Source: Antedon mediterranea (Eukaryota > Animalia > Echinodermata). Taken from it: a stretch of DNA of 64,000 nt. Made by a program: the position numbers and the translations under genes. Positions 12,260 through 24,501 of the stretch are shown in pieces. Positions within the stretch are counted from its first letter, which is position 1, and every line of letters begins with the position of its first letter. The stretch lies in contig NC_092678.1 of NCBI RefSeq assembly GCF_964355755.1, positions 25,809,365-25,873,364 on the forward strand. The letters are read 5' to 3'. The notes below the pieces were generated by a model. It was not told where the DNA came from and did not search any database. It worked only from the letters and a program-made list of their open reading frames with translations.

Positions 12260-12323
12260 CTTTGCATCAATTCACACACATTATGGCAGTCTTCAGGCTT
12301 ATAGAACCATAAACCAAAAATAG
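12260..12323 (-). CDS. DCP1: DCP1 exon 4 (end of EVH1 domain)
   Basis: ttcgtag|(A)IFGLWFYKPEDCHNVCELMQ|gtaatg; conserved WFY motif; phases 1/2 fit both neighbours. Confidence 0.92.
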
Positions 12324-12778
12324 CTACGAAAAAATAAATACATTTTAAAACTGTATAGCAGATTCATATATATATTATACTTATATCCTATCCAACCATA
12401 TTGCCCTACCATGTCCAACAACAGTAGCATACACAATTTGGAATCTACCATTCTTATATCGGGTTGTTAATCAATTAGTAATACTGTAATATCATAAACA
12501 TATTAACTGTATTTAAATGGTAATATTTTCAAAAATTACCAGTGACAACTCATTAAATTAGGCTACTGTACAATAAAATTGGCTAAAGAATAATTGTTAG
12601 GAGAAACAAAAGTAAGGATAACTTTTCCATATTAATATTAAAAACATTTATATATGATACGCATAATTACCATTGACAACAATCAAATGGCGTATTGTAT
12701 TACAAAACAGTTTTTGTGAAAATATGACATATTATTAAAATGCAGCTGTTTCTTAAAGTATATATTGAACATGTCTTT

Positions 12779-15700
12779 TGTACAATCCACTCCCCACCCT
12801 ACATAAATACTCGCTTCCTCGATTCCTTAATATTCTTGGTGATCAATCTGCTATTGCCAACATTAGTACAATCTACTCTCCCCACCCTACATAAATACTC
12901 CCTTCCTCGATTCCTTAATATTCTTGGTGATCAATCTGCCATTGCCAACATTAGTACAATCTACTCTCCCCACCCTACATAAATACTCCCTTCCTCGATT
13001 CCTTAATATTCTTAGTGATCAATCTGCCATTGCCAACATTAGTACAATCCACTCTCCCCACCCTACATAAATACTCCCTTCCTCGATTCCTTAATATTCT
13101 TGGTGATCAATCTGCCATTGCCAACATTAGTACAATCTACTCTCCCCACCCTACATAAATACTCCCTTCCTCGATTCCTTAATATTCTTAGTGATCAATC
13201 TGCCATTGCCAACATTAGTACAATCTACTCTCCCCACCCTACATAAATACTCCCTTCCTCGACTCCTTAATATTCTTAGTGATCAATCTGCCATTGCCAA
13301 CATTAGTACAATCCACTCTCCCCACCCTACATAAATACTCCCTTCCTCGATTCCTTAATATTCTTGGTGATCAATCTGCCATTGCCAACATTAGTACAAT
13401 CCACTCTCCCCACCCTACATAAATACTCCCTTCCTCGATTCCTTAATATTCTTGGTGATCAATCTGCCATTGCCAACATTAGTACAATCTACTCTCCCCA
13501 CCCTACATAAATACTCCCTTCCTCGATTCCTTAATATTCTTAGTGATCAATCTGCCATTGCCAACATTAGTACAATCCACTCTCCCCACCCTACATAAAT
13601 ACTCCTTTCCTCGATTCCTTAATATTCTTGGTGATCAATCTGCCATTGCCAACATTAGTACAATCCACTCTCCCCACCCTACATAAATACTCCCTTCTTC
13701 GATTCCTTAATATTCTTAGTGATCAATCTGCTATTGCCAACATTAGTACAATCTACTCTCCCCACCCTACATAAATACTCCCTTCCTCGATTCCTTAATA
13801 TTCTTGGTGATCAATCTGCCATTGCCAACATTAGTACAATCCACTCTCCCCACCCTACATAAATACTCCCTTCCTCGATTCCTTAATATTCTTGGTGATC
13901 AATCTGCCATTGCCAACATTAGTACAATCTACTCTCCCCACCCTACATAAATACTCCCTTCCTCGATTCCTTAATATTCTTGGTGATCAATCTGCCATTG
14001 CCAACATTAGTACAATCCACTCTCCCCACCCTACATAAATACTCCCTTCCTCGATTCCTTAATATTCTTGGTGATCAATCTGCCATTGCCAACATTAGTA
14101 CAATCTACTCTCCCCACCCTACATAAATACTCCCTTCCTCGATTCCTTAATATTCTTGGTGATCAATCTGCCATTGCCAACATTAGTACAATCTACTCTC
14201 CCCACCCTACATAAATACTCCCTTCCTCGATTCCTTAATATTCTTGGTGATCAATCTGCCATTGCCAACATTAGTACAATCCACTCTCCCCACCCTACAT
14301 AAATACTCCCTTCCTCGATTCCTTAATATTCTTGGTGATCAATCTGCCATTGCCAACATTAGTACAATCTACTCTCCCCACCCTACATAAATACTCCCTT
14401 CCTCGATTCCTTAATATTCTTGGTGATCAATCTGCCATTGCCAACATTAGTACAATCTACTCTCCCCACCCTACATAAATACTCCCTTCCTCGATTCCTT
14501 AATATTCTTGGTGATCAATCTGCCATTGCCAACATTAGTACAATCTACTCTCCCCACCCTACATAAATACTCCCTTCCTCGACTCCTTAATATTCTTGGT
14601 GATCAATCTGCTATTGCCAACATTAGTACAATCCACTCTCCCCACCCTACATAAATACTCCCTTCCTCGATTCCTTAATATTCTTGGTGATCAATCTGCC
14701 ATTGCCAACATTAGTACAATCCACTCTCCCCACCCTACATAAATACTCCCTTCCTCGATTCCTTAATATTCTTGGTGATCAATCTGCCATTGCCAACATT
14801 AGTACAATCTACTCTCCCCACCCTACATAAATACTCCCTTCCTCGATTCCTTAATATTCTTAGTGATCAATCTGCCATTGCCAACATTAGTACAATCCAC
14901 TCTCCCCACCCTACATAAATACTCCCTTCCTCGATTCCTTAATATTCTTGGTGATCAATCTGCCATTGCCAACATTAGTACAATCCACTCTCCCCCCCCT
15001 ACATAAATACTCCCTTCTTCGATTCCTTAATATTCTTAGTGATCAATCTGCTATTGCCAACATTAGTACAATCCACTCTCCCCACCCTACATAAATACTC
15101 CCTTCCTCGATTCCTTAATATTCTTGGTGATCAATCTGCCATTGCCAACATTAGTACAATCCACTCTCCCCACCCTACATAAATACTCCCTTCCTCGATT
15201 CCTTAATATTCTTAGTGATCAATCTGCCATTGCCAACATTAGTACAATCTACTCTCCCCACCCTACATAAATACTCCCTTCCTCGATTCCTTAATATTCT
15301 TAGTGATCAATCTGCCATTGCCAACATTAGTACAATCTACTCTCCCCACCCTACATAAATACTCCCTTCCTCGATTCCTTAATATTCTTAGTGATCAATC
15401 TGCCATTGCCAACATTAGTACAATCCACTCTCCCCACCCTACATAAATACTCCCTTCCTCGATTCCTTAATATTCTTGGTGATCAATCTGCCATTGCCAA
15501 CATTAGTACAATCCACTCTCCCCACCCTACATAAATACTCCCTTCCTCGATTCCTTAATATTCTTAGTGATCAATCTGCCATTGCCAACATTAGTACAAT
15601 CTACTCTCCCCACCCTACATAAATACTCCCTTCCTCGATTCCTTAATATTCTTAGTGATCAATCTGCCATTGCCAACATTAGTACAATCCACTCTCCCCA

Positions 15701-17005
15701 CCCTACATAAATACTCCCTTCCTCGATTCCTTAATATTCTTAGTGATCAATCTGCCATTGCCAACATTAGTACAATCTACTCTCCCCACCCTACATAAAT
15801 ACTCCCTTCCTCGATTCCTTAATATTCTTGGTGATCAATCTGCCATTGCCAACATTAGTACAATCCACTCTCCCCACCCTACATAAATACTCCCTTCCTC
15901 GATTCCTTAATATTCTTAGTGATCAATCTGCTATTGCCAACATTAGTACAATCCACTCTCCCCACCCTACATAAATACTCCCTTCCTCGATTCCTTAATA
16001 TTCTTAGTGATCAATCTGCCATTGCCAACATTAGTACAATCTACTCTCCCCACCCTACATAAATACTCCCTTCCTCGATTCCTTAATATTCTTAGTGATC
16101 AATCTGCCATTGCCAACATTAGTACAATCCACTCTCCCCACCCTACATAAATACTCCCTTCCTCGATTCCTTAATATTCTTGGTGATCAATCTGCCATTG
16201 CCAACATTAGTACAATCCACTCTCCCCACCCTACATAAATACTCCCTTCCTCGATTCCTTAATATTCTTAGTGATCAATCTGCCATTGCCAACATTAGTA
16301 CAATCCACTCTCCCCACCCTACATAAATACTCCCTTCCTCGATTCCTTAATATTCTTAGTGATCAATCTGCCATTGCCAACATTAGTACAATCCACTCTC
16401 CCCACCCTACATAAATACTCCCTTCCTCGATTCCTTAATATTCTTGGTGATCAATCTGCCATTGCCAACATTAGTACAATCTACTCTCCCCACCCTACAT
16501 AAATACTCCCTTCCTCGATTCCTTAATATTCTTGGTGATCAATCTGCCATTGCCAACATTAGTACAATCTACTCTCCCCACCCTACATAAATACTCCCTT
16601 CCTCGATTCCTTAATATTCTTGGTGATCAATCTGCCATTGCCAACATTAGTACAATCTACTCTCCCCACCCTACATAAATACTCCCTTCCTCGATTCCTT
16701 AATATTCTTGGTGATCAATCTGCCATTGCCAACATTAGTACAATCTACTCTCCCCACCCTACATAAATACTCCCTTCCTCGATTCCTTAATATTCTTAGT
16801 GATCAATCTGCCATTGCCAACATTAGTACAATCTACTCTCCCCACCCTACATAAATACTCCCTTCCTCGATTCCTTAATATTCTTGGTGATCAATCTGCC
16901 ATTGCCAACATTAGTACAATCTACTCTCCCCACCCTACATAAATACTCTCATCCTCGATTCCTTAATATTCTTAGTGATCAATCTGCCATTGCCAACATT
17001 TAGTA
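12779..17005. repeat. 88-bp minisatellite, about 48 copies, in DCP1 intron 3, abutting the exon 3 donor
   Basis: Unit AGTACAATC(C/T)ACTCTCCCCACCCTACATAAATACTCCCTTCCTCGATTCCTTAATATTCTT(G/A)GTGATCAATCTGCCATTGCCAACATT; register recurs every 1320 bp = 15 x 88. Confidence 0.98.
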
Positions 17006-17006
17006 C

Positions 17007-17134
17007 CTTTTGATGTCCGGTAAAGTAAGAATGGTTCATGTAGTTGGAATTCTAATTCTTTGTTGATTGGTTCTGTCCAATTCTCTGTACTCAGCCGATT
17101 CATAATCATAAAGCCATGATATGGTATCGCTGAC
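17007..17134 (-). CDS. DCP1: DCP1 exon 3 (EVH1 domain with NR loop)
   Basis: ttttcag|(R)SAIPYHGFMIMNRLSTENWTEPINKELEFQLHEPFLLYRTSK|gtacta; NRL and PFLLYR signatures. Confidence 0.96.
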
Positions 17135-17258
17135 CTGAAAAAAAAAAATTTATTAAAAGAAAGTTACCTAAACAGTATGGCAAGCACATATTTTTAAACC
17201 CATGAACAGCGCGATGAAATGTATTTGGTTGTAATTTTACTTATTGTAGTATCAAGAA

Positions 17259-17328
17259 CCTCTGTGGTCTAGTGGTTAAGGCACTCCCTCTGTAATTGAG
17301 AGGTACCTGGTTCAAATCCCACAGGAGG
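17259..17328 (+). pseudogene. tRNA-derived sequence (pseudo-tRNA or SINE head)
   Basis: A box TGGTCTAGTGG, B box GGTTCAAATCC, partial acceptor pairing CCTC...GAGG; anticodon and T stems imperfect. Confidence 0.6.
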
Positions 17329-19009
17329 ATTGAAGATATATTATGTATAAAAAATCTAATAATATTTACTTTATTTATTTAATTTAAATATTTTTAATTG
17401 TGCTCTGTTGTGCTCTTTGTATTTTCGAAATTATATGTTTTAAATTATTTCCATTATTGCATTATTTCCAGTGAGATCTGTTAACAATATATTATCTTGC
17501 ATTTAAAAAATTTTTTTTTGCGTCACATAAATTCAAAATTCATACATTATACAGAGTCACAAATCAGATATTAAAAATGCATGGCAAATTAATAATTCAA
17601 TATGGCTTCATGACGCAGAAAGACCAACATTTACTGTTAACTAAAACAAATATGTCTTTCGTTTATTCATAAAAAAATGTGTCTGAAAATTAAGAAAGCA
17701 TTTTATATTTTGGTATCAAATTCCAATTGGGTTCATAATTGTTCAGCAACTAGGCTTCTATGTCCAGACTTTATGAATGGTTGGCAAGTGAGAGAAACTA
17801 ATTAGTCATAGTAACATTCCAGAAATGTCTGATGTAGAATTCTTTAAATTCTATAACAACAGGGAGTGAAAATGGCCGCCCTTATAATCAAGTCATGAAT
17901 GACAAATTTAAAAGCTTGTTTAGATGTGTTGGTTAGATCATATAACCAGGGGGTACTAATTTCAGGCAACTTTGGCCTCTTATTCAATTTATGTTTCAGT
18001 AACCAACCACGTGCCCTTGTTTTTATAACGACCATATTTCCATGCATAATCAAATCTTGAAGCCCCACTGGGCATGCTCAAAGCAGACCCGCAGTTGATT
18101 GGCAGATTCATCTCTTGTCTCATGTTTTGTAGTTAAAGCTTCTTTCTTGTGTGCTGTGTTTTCATTTAGCAACAGAATCAATTTTTTGTGATTTAGTAAA
18201 CCTATTACGGTAGATTTTATTTTACTGTTTTGTTTTAATTGGAAAATATCTAACTTTGTTGTTTTGTGGTGAAAATCTTTTGGATTTATCTTGAAAAACT
18301 GGACTTTCAGCTTCAGCTAAACCTGTAAGTGCTATTATTAGTTCAGAAATTGATACTTTTATGGGATAATTTACAATGTTATTATAATCAATATTTATAA
18401 CTGCTCTAATTGACCTTTCAACTCTGTTTAAGACCAACATTTTATTTTAATTATGCATGACAAAAAAATAAATATTATGTGAACCGCATAGAGGCTTTGC
18501 GTTATGCACTTTAAAGTCCAAATTTATTATTATTAATATCTACTGTGAAAGTGTTATTTTTGTGTGTAAACAAATTGTAACCTCGCTTGCTCTTTTAAAA
18601 GTCAGCAAATATTAAAAACAACCAGTGAATACCGGCAGTGACGACAAGAACACTTTGAATTGTACAATAGTAATTACAATTAAATTAGATTTCACCTTGA
18701 ATAACTCTCAACGACGGACGCCATTTAAATTGTTGTCAAACAACAATATTAATAGTAAAAGCATGACTTAAACTTGTTTATTAAAACAGACAAAAATTCT
18801 TTGTTTTTAATTATTAATATTTTTAATAAGAATATATTAATACGACTTAACTATCCTAACTAAAATAAAGAGAGGTAATAATGACACCAAGATATGAGGC
18901 ACCATCGTTCTCGGTCTTCAAAAACATTCAAGTAAAATATTCTGCATGTTTAGTAGTAAACGCGCAAGTGAATAATAAACCGTATTCTTCATTGTATTTG
19001 ATAATCTAA

Positions 19010-19147
19010 AGCTCTGTCAAACTAGTTTAAAAAAAAAGTCTGATGTGCCCAGATATGGTGGTGATATGCCCAAATATGGTAGTGATATGACATCATCATG
19101 TCCATATATGGGCACATCACATAAAGTTTGATAGTGTAGACATTGCT
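19010..19147. mobile_element. ~140-bp MITE copy (PIF/Harbinger-like), diverged
   Basis: TAA|AGCTCTGTC...agtttgatagtgtagacattgct|TTA; interior gatgtgccca...ggtagtgatatgacatcatcatgtccatatatgggcacatcaca. Confidence 0.75.
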
Positions 19148-19807
19148 TTACAAGATCAATGAAGTTGACTACATATTAATCAGCTAAACGCATTCACATC
19201 ACTGTGACACCACAAGGTTGTTGACACTTAAGGATATTGACTGAATTATAGAAATTTCAGTTACAATGTTGTTTAATTATTTCACAATATCAAAATAGAC
19301 ACATTATACTTGTGGCGGTGTTTAATTTATTGTTCTTTGTGTGAATAGTTTTATCAGAGTATGCTATACAAATATTTTTCCAATTAAAAATGAGCTGGAT
19401 TACTTTCAGTTACTTTTTATTGTAATTGCAAGATGGCATGTCAGACGTCGTCATCATTTTTAACTCTCATTCTCACAATAGTAAAGCCTCTCATCAATAC
19501 ATATTTTAAATCATAAATATATATATTTCAACACGTAAACCTAACATTTATTTTTATTTGAGCTTATAGATTTTTCATTTTTTTATAACGTAATAATAAT
19601 AAAAACTGACTTGAGTGAAAATGCGCAAATAACCAAAATTGAAAGACAAATAAACATTGATTTGAAGGAGAAAGATTCAAAGAAACAATGAATTTATTGA
19701 ATATTATTATCAATAGGAGGCTACATAATGTACATATATTAAAATGAAACTTAACACCCTGAGTATACAATAATACTGCAGGCAAACAAGCATATAATAC
19801 GTGTTGT

Positions 19808-20207
19808 ATACCATTGTTGTTGTGTTACACCATACTAACCGGTTATACAATCGTTATTTTACTTTCAGGCCGGTTGTGTACTAGTTATACCATTGTTGTT
19901 GTGTTACACCATACTAACTGGTTATACAATCGTTATTTTACTTTCAGGCCGGTTGTGTACTAGTTATACCATTGTTGTTGTGTTACACCATACTAACTGG
20001 TTATACAATCGTTATTTTACTTTCAGGCTGGTTGTGTACTAGTTATACCATTGTTGTTGTGTTACACCATACTAACTGGTTATACAATCGTTATTTTACT
20101 TTCAGGCCGGTTGTGTACTAGTTATACCATTGTTGTTGTGTTACACCATACTAACCGGTTATACAATCGTTATTTTACTTTCAGGCCGGTTGTGTACTAG
20201 TTATACC
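19808..20207. repeat. 79-bp minisatellite, 5 copies, in DCP1 intron 2
   Basis: Unit TATACCATTGTTGTTGTGTTACACCATACTAAC(C/T)GGTTATACAATCGTTATTTTACTTTCAGGCCGGTTGTGTACTAGT. Confidence 0.96.
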
Positions 20208-20944
20208 AGTGCTTGTTATGTTTATCATTTTGGCATCTAAGGCTAATTCTTTGCTTTCCCGTCAGCGGGTTTTATCGTTATTCACGTTATTGATTCATGG
20301 ACAATAGATTGGATTCGTGGGTAATTTGATTTTAATAAGCAGCCGTGACGTCGTAATATACGCTGCACGATGGCCTGTTTATAATTGTTACAGTTCTTGC
20401 CTGAGTGATGTTGTAGACGGTACTTAACGCTACGATAAATGGTTTCTTTCTACCAAGGGAGTTTAAGTAAATACTTGATCCTGCTAAACTATGTCTTTAT
20501 TTTTAGATTCTTTCAGTGGATATATATTTCTGGTGTGATTTTGGTTTTAGTAAACGTTCTTGGGTGAGTATAATATCAATATTTCTTTTAAGTTCTTGTT
20601 TTATTGAGAAATTTTACTTCATAGCTTACACAAATTTAGTCCAGACTTAAATACTTTTGAAAGAAAATTCCTTAAAGTATTTTAATTGATAACTTACAGC
20701 ATGCATGAACATTATTGCCTTCTTTGCTGCGGACAACAAAACCCAAGTACTAATCAATAATTTGATTTTGAAAACATATTACCATAATTTATTGAAAAAT
20801 TTGATACTTAATTGGGAACATTAACATTTCTTTTGTTAATATAGTGATCATGTTGCACACGTTGAATTTCATAATTCAATTAATGGTTCAGTAATCTACT
20901 ACTTTTTATTTTTACTTACTTCGGCAGAGCCAGGTACTCAAAAC

Positions 20945-21215
20945 ATTATAATGATAATAATTTAGGTATTTTTATAGCACTATTATTAACTAAACTGAAG
21001 TAAAAATCAAAGGTGCTTGTATAGATGTTAAAAAGATGCGTTCTTTAAAAAAAATATCAATAGATTTTGATTTAGTAGTAGTATGCTGAGGGAAAGAATT
21101 CCAAAGAGAAGCAGCAGAGAACATAAAAGACCTTTGTCTAGGAAAATTAATGGAAAAGTAATCTTATACAAACTCCTCCCATTAAGATTCAAGAACTTTT
21201 ATTGGTCCACTTTAA
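20945..21215 (-). mobile_element. Degenerate 3' end of an L2/CR1-clade LINE
   Basis: Minus strand reads PRQRSFMFSAASLWNSFP (cf. RsF..aAp.LWNsLP at the end of CR1/L2 ORF2), followed by gtgctataaaaatac...tattatcattat tail. Confidence 0.6.
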
Positions 21216-23115
21216 AATGTTATGTAAAATACTGTTAAAACGATTAATTATTAACAATTGATTTTATGCATGATGCCCTTGTTTATGTTCCAACACATTA
21301 TTAACTAATTAAATAGTTAGGTTGATGGCCTTACAACTAAGTACTTAAACACTTAGTACCAACGCTTACAATGTAAGTAAACAAATGAGCTAAATCTAAC
21401 AATTAACGTGCAGATTGTAAATTTTCAAATTTTTTTCGATTTATTGTCTTAGATTTTTTAAGGGTTGTTAAATAAATTTTAGGTAAAATGGTGTTTAAAT
21501 TGCGAGTGAAAAGCGACCAATTAACACACAGATTGTAAAGATTGTTTCGATTTATTTTCTTAGATTCATAGATTTTTTAAGCGTTGTTAAATAAATTTTA
21601 TGTAAAATTGTGTTGTGCGCCCATATATAGTATAGAAAGCAATTAAAAGTTAGCCACTACTAAGAAGGAGATAGGAAAAATGGTGTTTAAATTATATTGT
21701 GTGCCCATATACAGTATAGAAAGCAGTTTAACGTTAGCCACTAAGACGGAGATTAAGACTATTGATCTTGTTAGATAGAAACCCCAAGTTTATTATAAGT
21801 ATATGACTCAGTAACAGCTGGAATTAGTGTTTCACCTAGCGGCCTGGCACCAAGCCCTCTAATATAAAAACAGCTGATCACACACGTACACACATCATGA
21901 TTAATTGCATAAAGGCCCAGAAACAAGTCATTTGATAGTTGAGGGCTAGGATGGTGTGAAATGGTCTGTAATCAAAATAATATTTGAGATCTAGGAACAA
22001 TTTGATAATTTATCATGGACAGGCCTAATATATGAGGCAATAATTAATTACCAACATGCCGAGAAGAATGCCAGACTTTGGATACATGAACTTGTATCAT
22101 GGAGTGTATACAGCGAGAACATCTGACTTATTTTGTCAGCACACTATATACATTGAAATCATTTCAATGCATACAGTACAGTATAACAGTATGCAGTTAT
22201 GATTGTAATCAGATTCAATTATTTGTTAATGTTCTATTAGTTTTTCAGTTTGAATTATACTACAAATTACAATATGGTTTGAAGGTTTTGAAAAGCTTAC
22301 ATACTGATCATCACTTTCCCATTTAGCAATTTAATTGACAGCCTGCTTTAATTAAGCCAACACTTTCAAAATAATAAGTAGTATCTTGACAATAAAAACC
22401 AAGCACAACATTCTTACTGTATGTTCATTTAACTTTATTCAAGCAAATTACATTTCCAATTTAATATCTTTATAATACATTATGTATGACTTATATTGTC
22501 AGCAGACCAGTTTGTTCTGTCACATAATGTTCAGTATTCCATGTCCACATTAATAGTAGAATCATATTCTCTTTGTGTTAAATTACATCTGTACCCGTTT
22601 AGACAACTGTGTGAATTTTAATTACCTTGCCGACCATAAAAAAAATTATAATTTTCTCGGATGAAAAATGTCTTTATTGTAAAAGTCATATAAATGGAGC
22701 ACATACTTCTTGTGTTTTTATTGCTGATATCCATTAAATACAGCAGTGAGATTATATTCATTTTATTTAATAAGTTCTGCATTTTTAATGCATAACAAAC
22801 GATGTTCATTTTATGTGATTTATACTTGCATACAAGGCATATAGTATAAATCATTACAAATGCTATTTATAATTAATTTATTATTTTGAACTTTTTTATA
22901 TACATATTATTTAGGCACTAGAGTTTACCTGGTATATTATATAAATTGTAATAGTGTTCCCAATAATATTTATCATCCCATCTTTATTTTAATAATTAAC
23001 TACTGATTAGGCTACATTAATTATTTTGAGTTAAATTAATAGGAAATAATAATAGTTTTTGATAGAAAGTATAGATTTTTTAGTTATATCAGATTCCATT
23101 GATTAATGAACCTAC

Positions 23116-23156
23116 CTCGAATATACAAACAACGTTCCTTCTGTTTCTGTCTTCTC
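23116..23156 (-). CDS. DCP1: DCP1 exon 2
   Basis: tttttag|EKTETEGTLFVYS(R)|gtaggt; 41 nt; EGTLFVY signature. Confidence 0.95.
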
Positions 23157-23641
23157 CTAAAAACACAATCACAAAAACACAATCAATGCAATTAGGACTA
23201 ATGTTTTGACAACCGTGAATAAATACAGCTACTTTGTTTGATCATTAGGCTAGTAGTAGTACTATTACTAGTTAGGTTTAGGCCTAGGGCCTGTGTAGTA
23301 GTCAGTCTACACTTACACTTACAAACAAAATGACAAAATGTGTAGGCCCTCTGGCCTAGAAAATACAATACTGAGTGTCCAGAATTCTATAGCTAGGCCT
23401 AGTAGTTAATTAGGGCCTATAGCATGTCATCATCAATTAATTAGACCTTTCATCTCTCAGTGTAAATATTGCATTTTCCCAATTCTGCTAGGCTCTGCGA
23501 TTGGTGGTAGGTTTCGTTTGCATGGTTTTGCAGGTACATATCGACTTCACTCACCAAATCAAAACAAACAAAAAGGGTCAAGCTCGGCCTAGCTTTTTAG
23601 CCAACCTGGTAGGCCTATAGGCAATGTAGTAGTTGACTTAC

Positions 23642-23800
23642 CCATTCGGTAGTAAATCTATAAAGTGCTACTTGGCTAGCAGTAGCTATAATGCCTGTTA
23701 TATTTGGGTCACATTGTTGTAAAGCAGCTAGATTTATCTTTTCTTCCATTTCTTCTTTTTTACGAAAAGCACCGTCTACGGTAGGCATGGACGCAGCCAT
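23642..23800 (-). CDS. DCP1: DCP1 exon 1, coding part (mRNA-decapping enzyme subunit 1)
   Basis: ATG at 23800 in ATCATGG context; INLAALQQCDPNITGIIATASQVALYRF..EW|gtaagt is the DCP1 EVH1 N-terminus. Confidence 0.96.
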
Positions 23801-24030
23801 GATGAAAATAAACTATAACGCTGCTGCCGCCCTCTATTTTATCTTTTAAACCGAACTTCGAATTGTTATTGGTGCTGTACTACGTATACAGTATTAGTAA
23901 TTACTCTTTTATATCAGATGCCGCTCACATTAAAAAAAATAATATAGTAAATACAAATATGATTATATTCAAACTCATGTTAATACTCTTTGAAAAAAAA
24001 AAATAAAACGATATTAAAAAAAAATCTAAA

Positions 24031-24100
24031 GAGACTTGAACCTCAGCTGCTAGAGCTGCTGAATGTAGTTAAACCAGAGCATAACCCTTAACGCCACAAT
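24031..24100 (-). other. tRNA-like Pol III promoter element, minus strand (copy 1, more diverged)
   Basis: Minus strand TGGCGTTAAGG...GGTTCAAGTCTC followed by T runs. Confidence 0.45.
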
Positions 24101-24250
24101 GTACACCACAATGTACACGACAACAACAGTTACTATAGTCATTTTTACGTGCTTCATTATTACGTCATTCTAATTGTTACGTCCTATATGCATATTCATG
24201 AGCGTAATTTTGAGGGAACGAAACTCGTATTAACATTTCTATAAACCAGA

Positions 24251-24501
24251 GGGCCGGATAGCTCAGTTGGTAGAGCGTCGTGGAACACGATTATCATGGG
24301 TTCAAACCCCATGCCGGTCTCGGTGGAAAAGAGTTAAAGCTATGCGAGCTTCTGTGTTTGGGGTTCACAGATTTAAACGTCCCCCATTCCACCACGTCAT
24401 CATGAGGCAATAACATCAAAGCATCTGATGTCGTGACCCAAGGCTGTGAGAGGGCCTTACCGTGCTAGAGGCAAGGGAGCACACCACATTTTTTTTTTTT
24501 T
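24251..24501 (+). mobile_element. tRNA-derived SINE-like or Pol III unit (copy 1)
   Basis: GGCCGGATAGCTCAGTTGGTAGAGC (A box/D arm), ATGGG-TTCAAAC-CCCAT (B box/T arm), CCGGTC acceptor 3' side, ~170-nt body, ends in T13. Confidence 0.7.

Noticed and set aside
432-17005. CRISPR-like appearance of regular repeats
   Set aside because: Units are head-to-tail with no unique spacers, no cas genes, and the context is a spliced eukaryotic locus.
17259-17328. Functional tRNA-Tyr(GTA)
   Set aside because: Anticodon and T stems pair poorly; treated as a tRNA-derived relic.
17640-18440. Minus-strand ORF fragments possibly from a decayed non-LTR retroelement
   Set aside because: No recognisable RT or endonuclease motif; a homology search is needed before any call.
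24251-24321. Functional tRNA-Phe(GAA)
   Set aside because: The anticodon loop is only 3 nt, incompatible with decoding.
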